DNA of 64,000 nucleotides from an uncultured Acidimicrobiia bacterium (GTDB lineage Bacteria; Actinomycetota; Acidimicrobiia; Acidimicrobiales; AC-14): NCBI GenBank assembly GCA_963836205.1, contig CAWIIV010000014.1, positions 1 to 64,000 of the forward strand, read 5' to 3'. Shown piece by piece: positions 62,551 to 64,000 of this stretch (position 1 is its first letter; each line of letters starts with the position of its first letter). The notes under the pieces were generated by a model. It saw only the letters and a program-made list of their open reading frames with translations, ran no database searches and was not told where the DNA came from. The position numbers and the translations under genes were made by a program.

Positions 62551-64000
62551 ATGCCAGAACATGCTGTAGTGATCGCGGGAGGTGGCCCGACCGGGCTCAT
62601 GTTGGGGGCCGAGTTGACGCTGGCGGGGATCGACGTCGTCATCGTCGAACGGCGTGCCAGCCAGGAGCTCGACGGCTCGCGAGCCGGGGGACTGCACGCC
62701 CGCACCATCGAGGTGCTCGATCAGCGTGGCGTCGCCGAACGATTCCTCTCGGCGGGGAAGGTCCATCCATTCGTGGGCTACGCCGGGACCTTTCTGGACA
62801 TCAGCGACTTCCCCACCCGCCACAACTACATCCTCGGCCTCTGGCAGAGCCACTTCGAGCGCATCCTGGCCGGCTGGGTCGAGGAGCTCGGGGTTCCGAT
62901 CCTTCGCCAGCTGCGAGGTGGTGGGCTTCGCCCAGGACGACACCGGCGTCGATGTCGAGCTGTCCGGCGACACGTCGCTGCGGGCGGAGTACCTCGTCGG
63001 GTGCGACGGAGGACGCAGCCTGGTCCGCAAGGCGGCCGGCATCGACTTCCCGGGGTGGGACCCGACGACCAGCTACATGATCGCCGAGGTCGAGATGGAC
63101 GAGAAGCCAGAGGTCGGTATGCGCCCCGAGGGTGGTGGCCTCGGTCCCGTCAACCCCGAAACGGGTGGAGGGCCGTACCGGGTCGTCCTGCTCGAGAAGG
63201 ATGTCGAACACACCCGCGAGCCCACCCTCCAGGACCTCAGCGAGACGCTCATCGCCGCCTACGGGACGGACTTCGGGGTGCACAGCCCCACCTGGATCTC
63301 CCGATTCACCGACATGACCCGGCAGGCGGCGTCCTACCGCGAGGGACGGGTGCTGCTCGCCGGCGACGCCGCCCACATCCATGGCCCGCAAGGTGGCCAG
63401 GGCCTCAACACGGGCGTGCAGGATGCCGTGAACCTCGGATGGAAGCTGGCCCAGGTGGTCAACCGGACGTCACCCGAAAGCCTCCTGGACACCTACCACG
63501 CCGAACGGCACCCGGTCGGGGCCCGGGTGTTGCACAACACGATGGCGCCAGGTCGCGCTCAGCCGCATCGACGAGCGCAGCCGGGCCCTCCGCGACACCA
63601 TGATGGAGCAGCTGAGCATGGACGAGCCCCGCAGGCGCATCGCGGGGATGATCTCCGGTCTCGACATCCACTACGACCTCGGAGAGGGGCACCCGCTGCT
63701 CGGGCGGCGCATGCCCGACCTCGACCTGCGCACCCCGGATGGCCCCACCCGGGTGTTCACCCTGCTGCACGACGCCCGGCCCGTGCTCCTCAACCTCGGA
63801 GAGCCCGGCGGTTTCGACATCTCTCCGTGGGCGGATCGAGTCCGTTCGGTCGACGCCAGCCACGATGGCGGGTGGGAGCTCCCGGTCCTGGGCGAGGTCG
63901 CTGCTCCACCGGCCGTGTTGATCCGACCCGACGGGTACGTCGCCTGGGCAGGGGACCTCACGGACCCAGAGCTGCCGCAAGCCCTTGTTGCCTGGTTCGG
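62551..64000 (+). CDS. FAD-dependent monooxygenase (Rox/PheA-like); frameshifted, 3'-truncated by window edge
   Basis: VIAGGGPTG, RAGGLHART, VGCDGGRS, GRVLLAGDAAH..GGQGLN, LIRPDGYVAW. Confidence 0.88.

Overview
High-GC actinobacterial chromosome segment, probably Acidimicrobiia (inferred from gene content). Scattered 1-2 bp indels break essential genes such as aceE, so most frameshifts are probably sequencing artefacts. Positions 1-55 kb are largely housekeeping: aceE, tRNA-Glu/Gln, gltX, proS, ilvE-leuB with a leader-peptide attenuator, greA, IclR-leuCD, a complete Pup-proteasome locus (arc, dop, pup, prcBA, pafA, pafBC) interleaved with extra genes including an endonuclease VII gene behind an SOS box, trmI, dacB, duplicated Uma2 nucleases, a SARP-type regulator and a hybrid kinase. 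The standout region is 55.3-61.3 kb. It holds a single TIR - 14x WD40 - Roc GTPase - COR - Zn ribbon - DUF4365-like nuclease gene, a candidate dual-effector immune receptor with hypervariable repeats. The gene is split by an IS110-family element inserted at a CT core. The 3' non-coding end of that element contains a readable bridge-RNA-like structure whose guide segments match both the reconstructed insertion site and the element's own circle junction.
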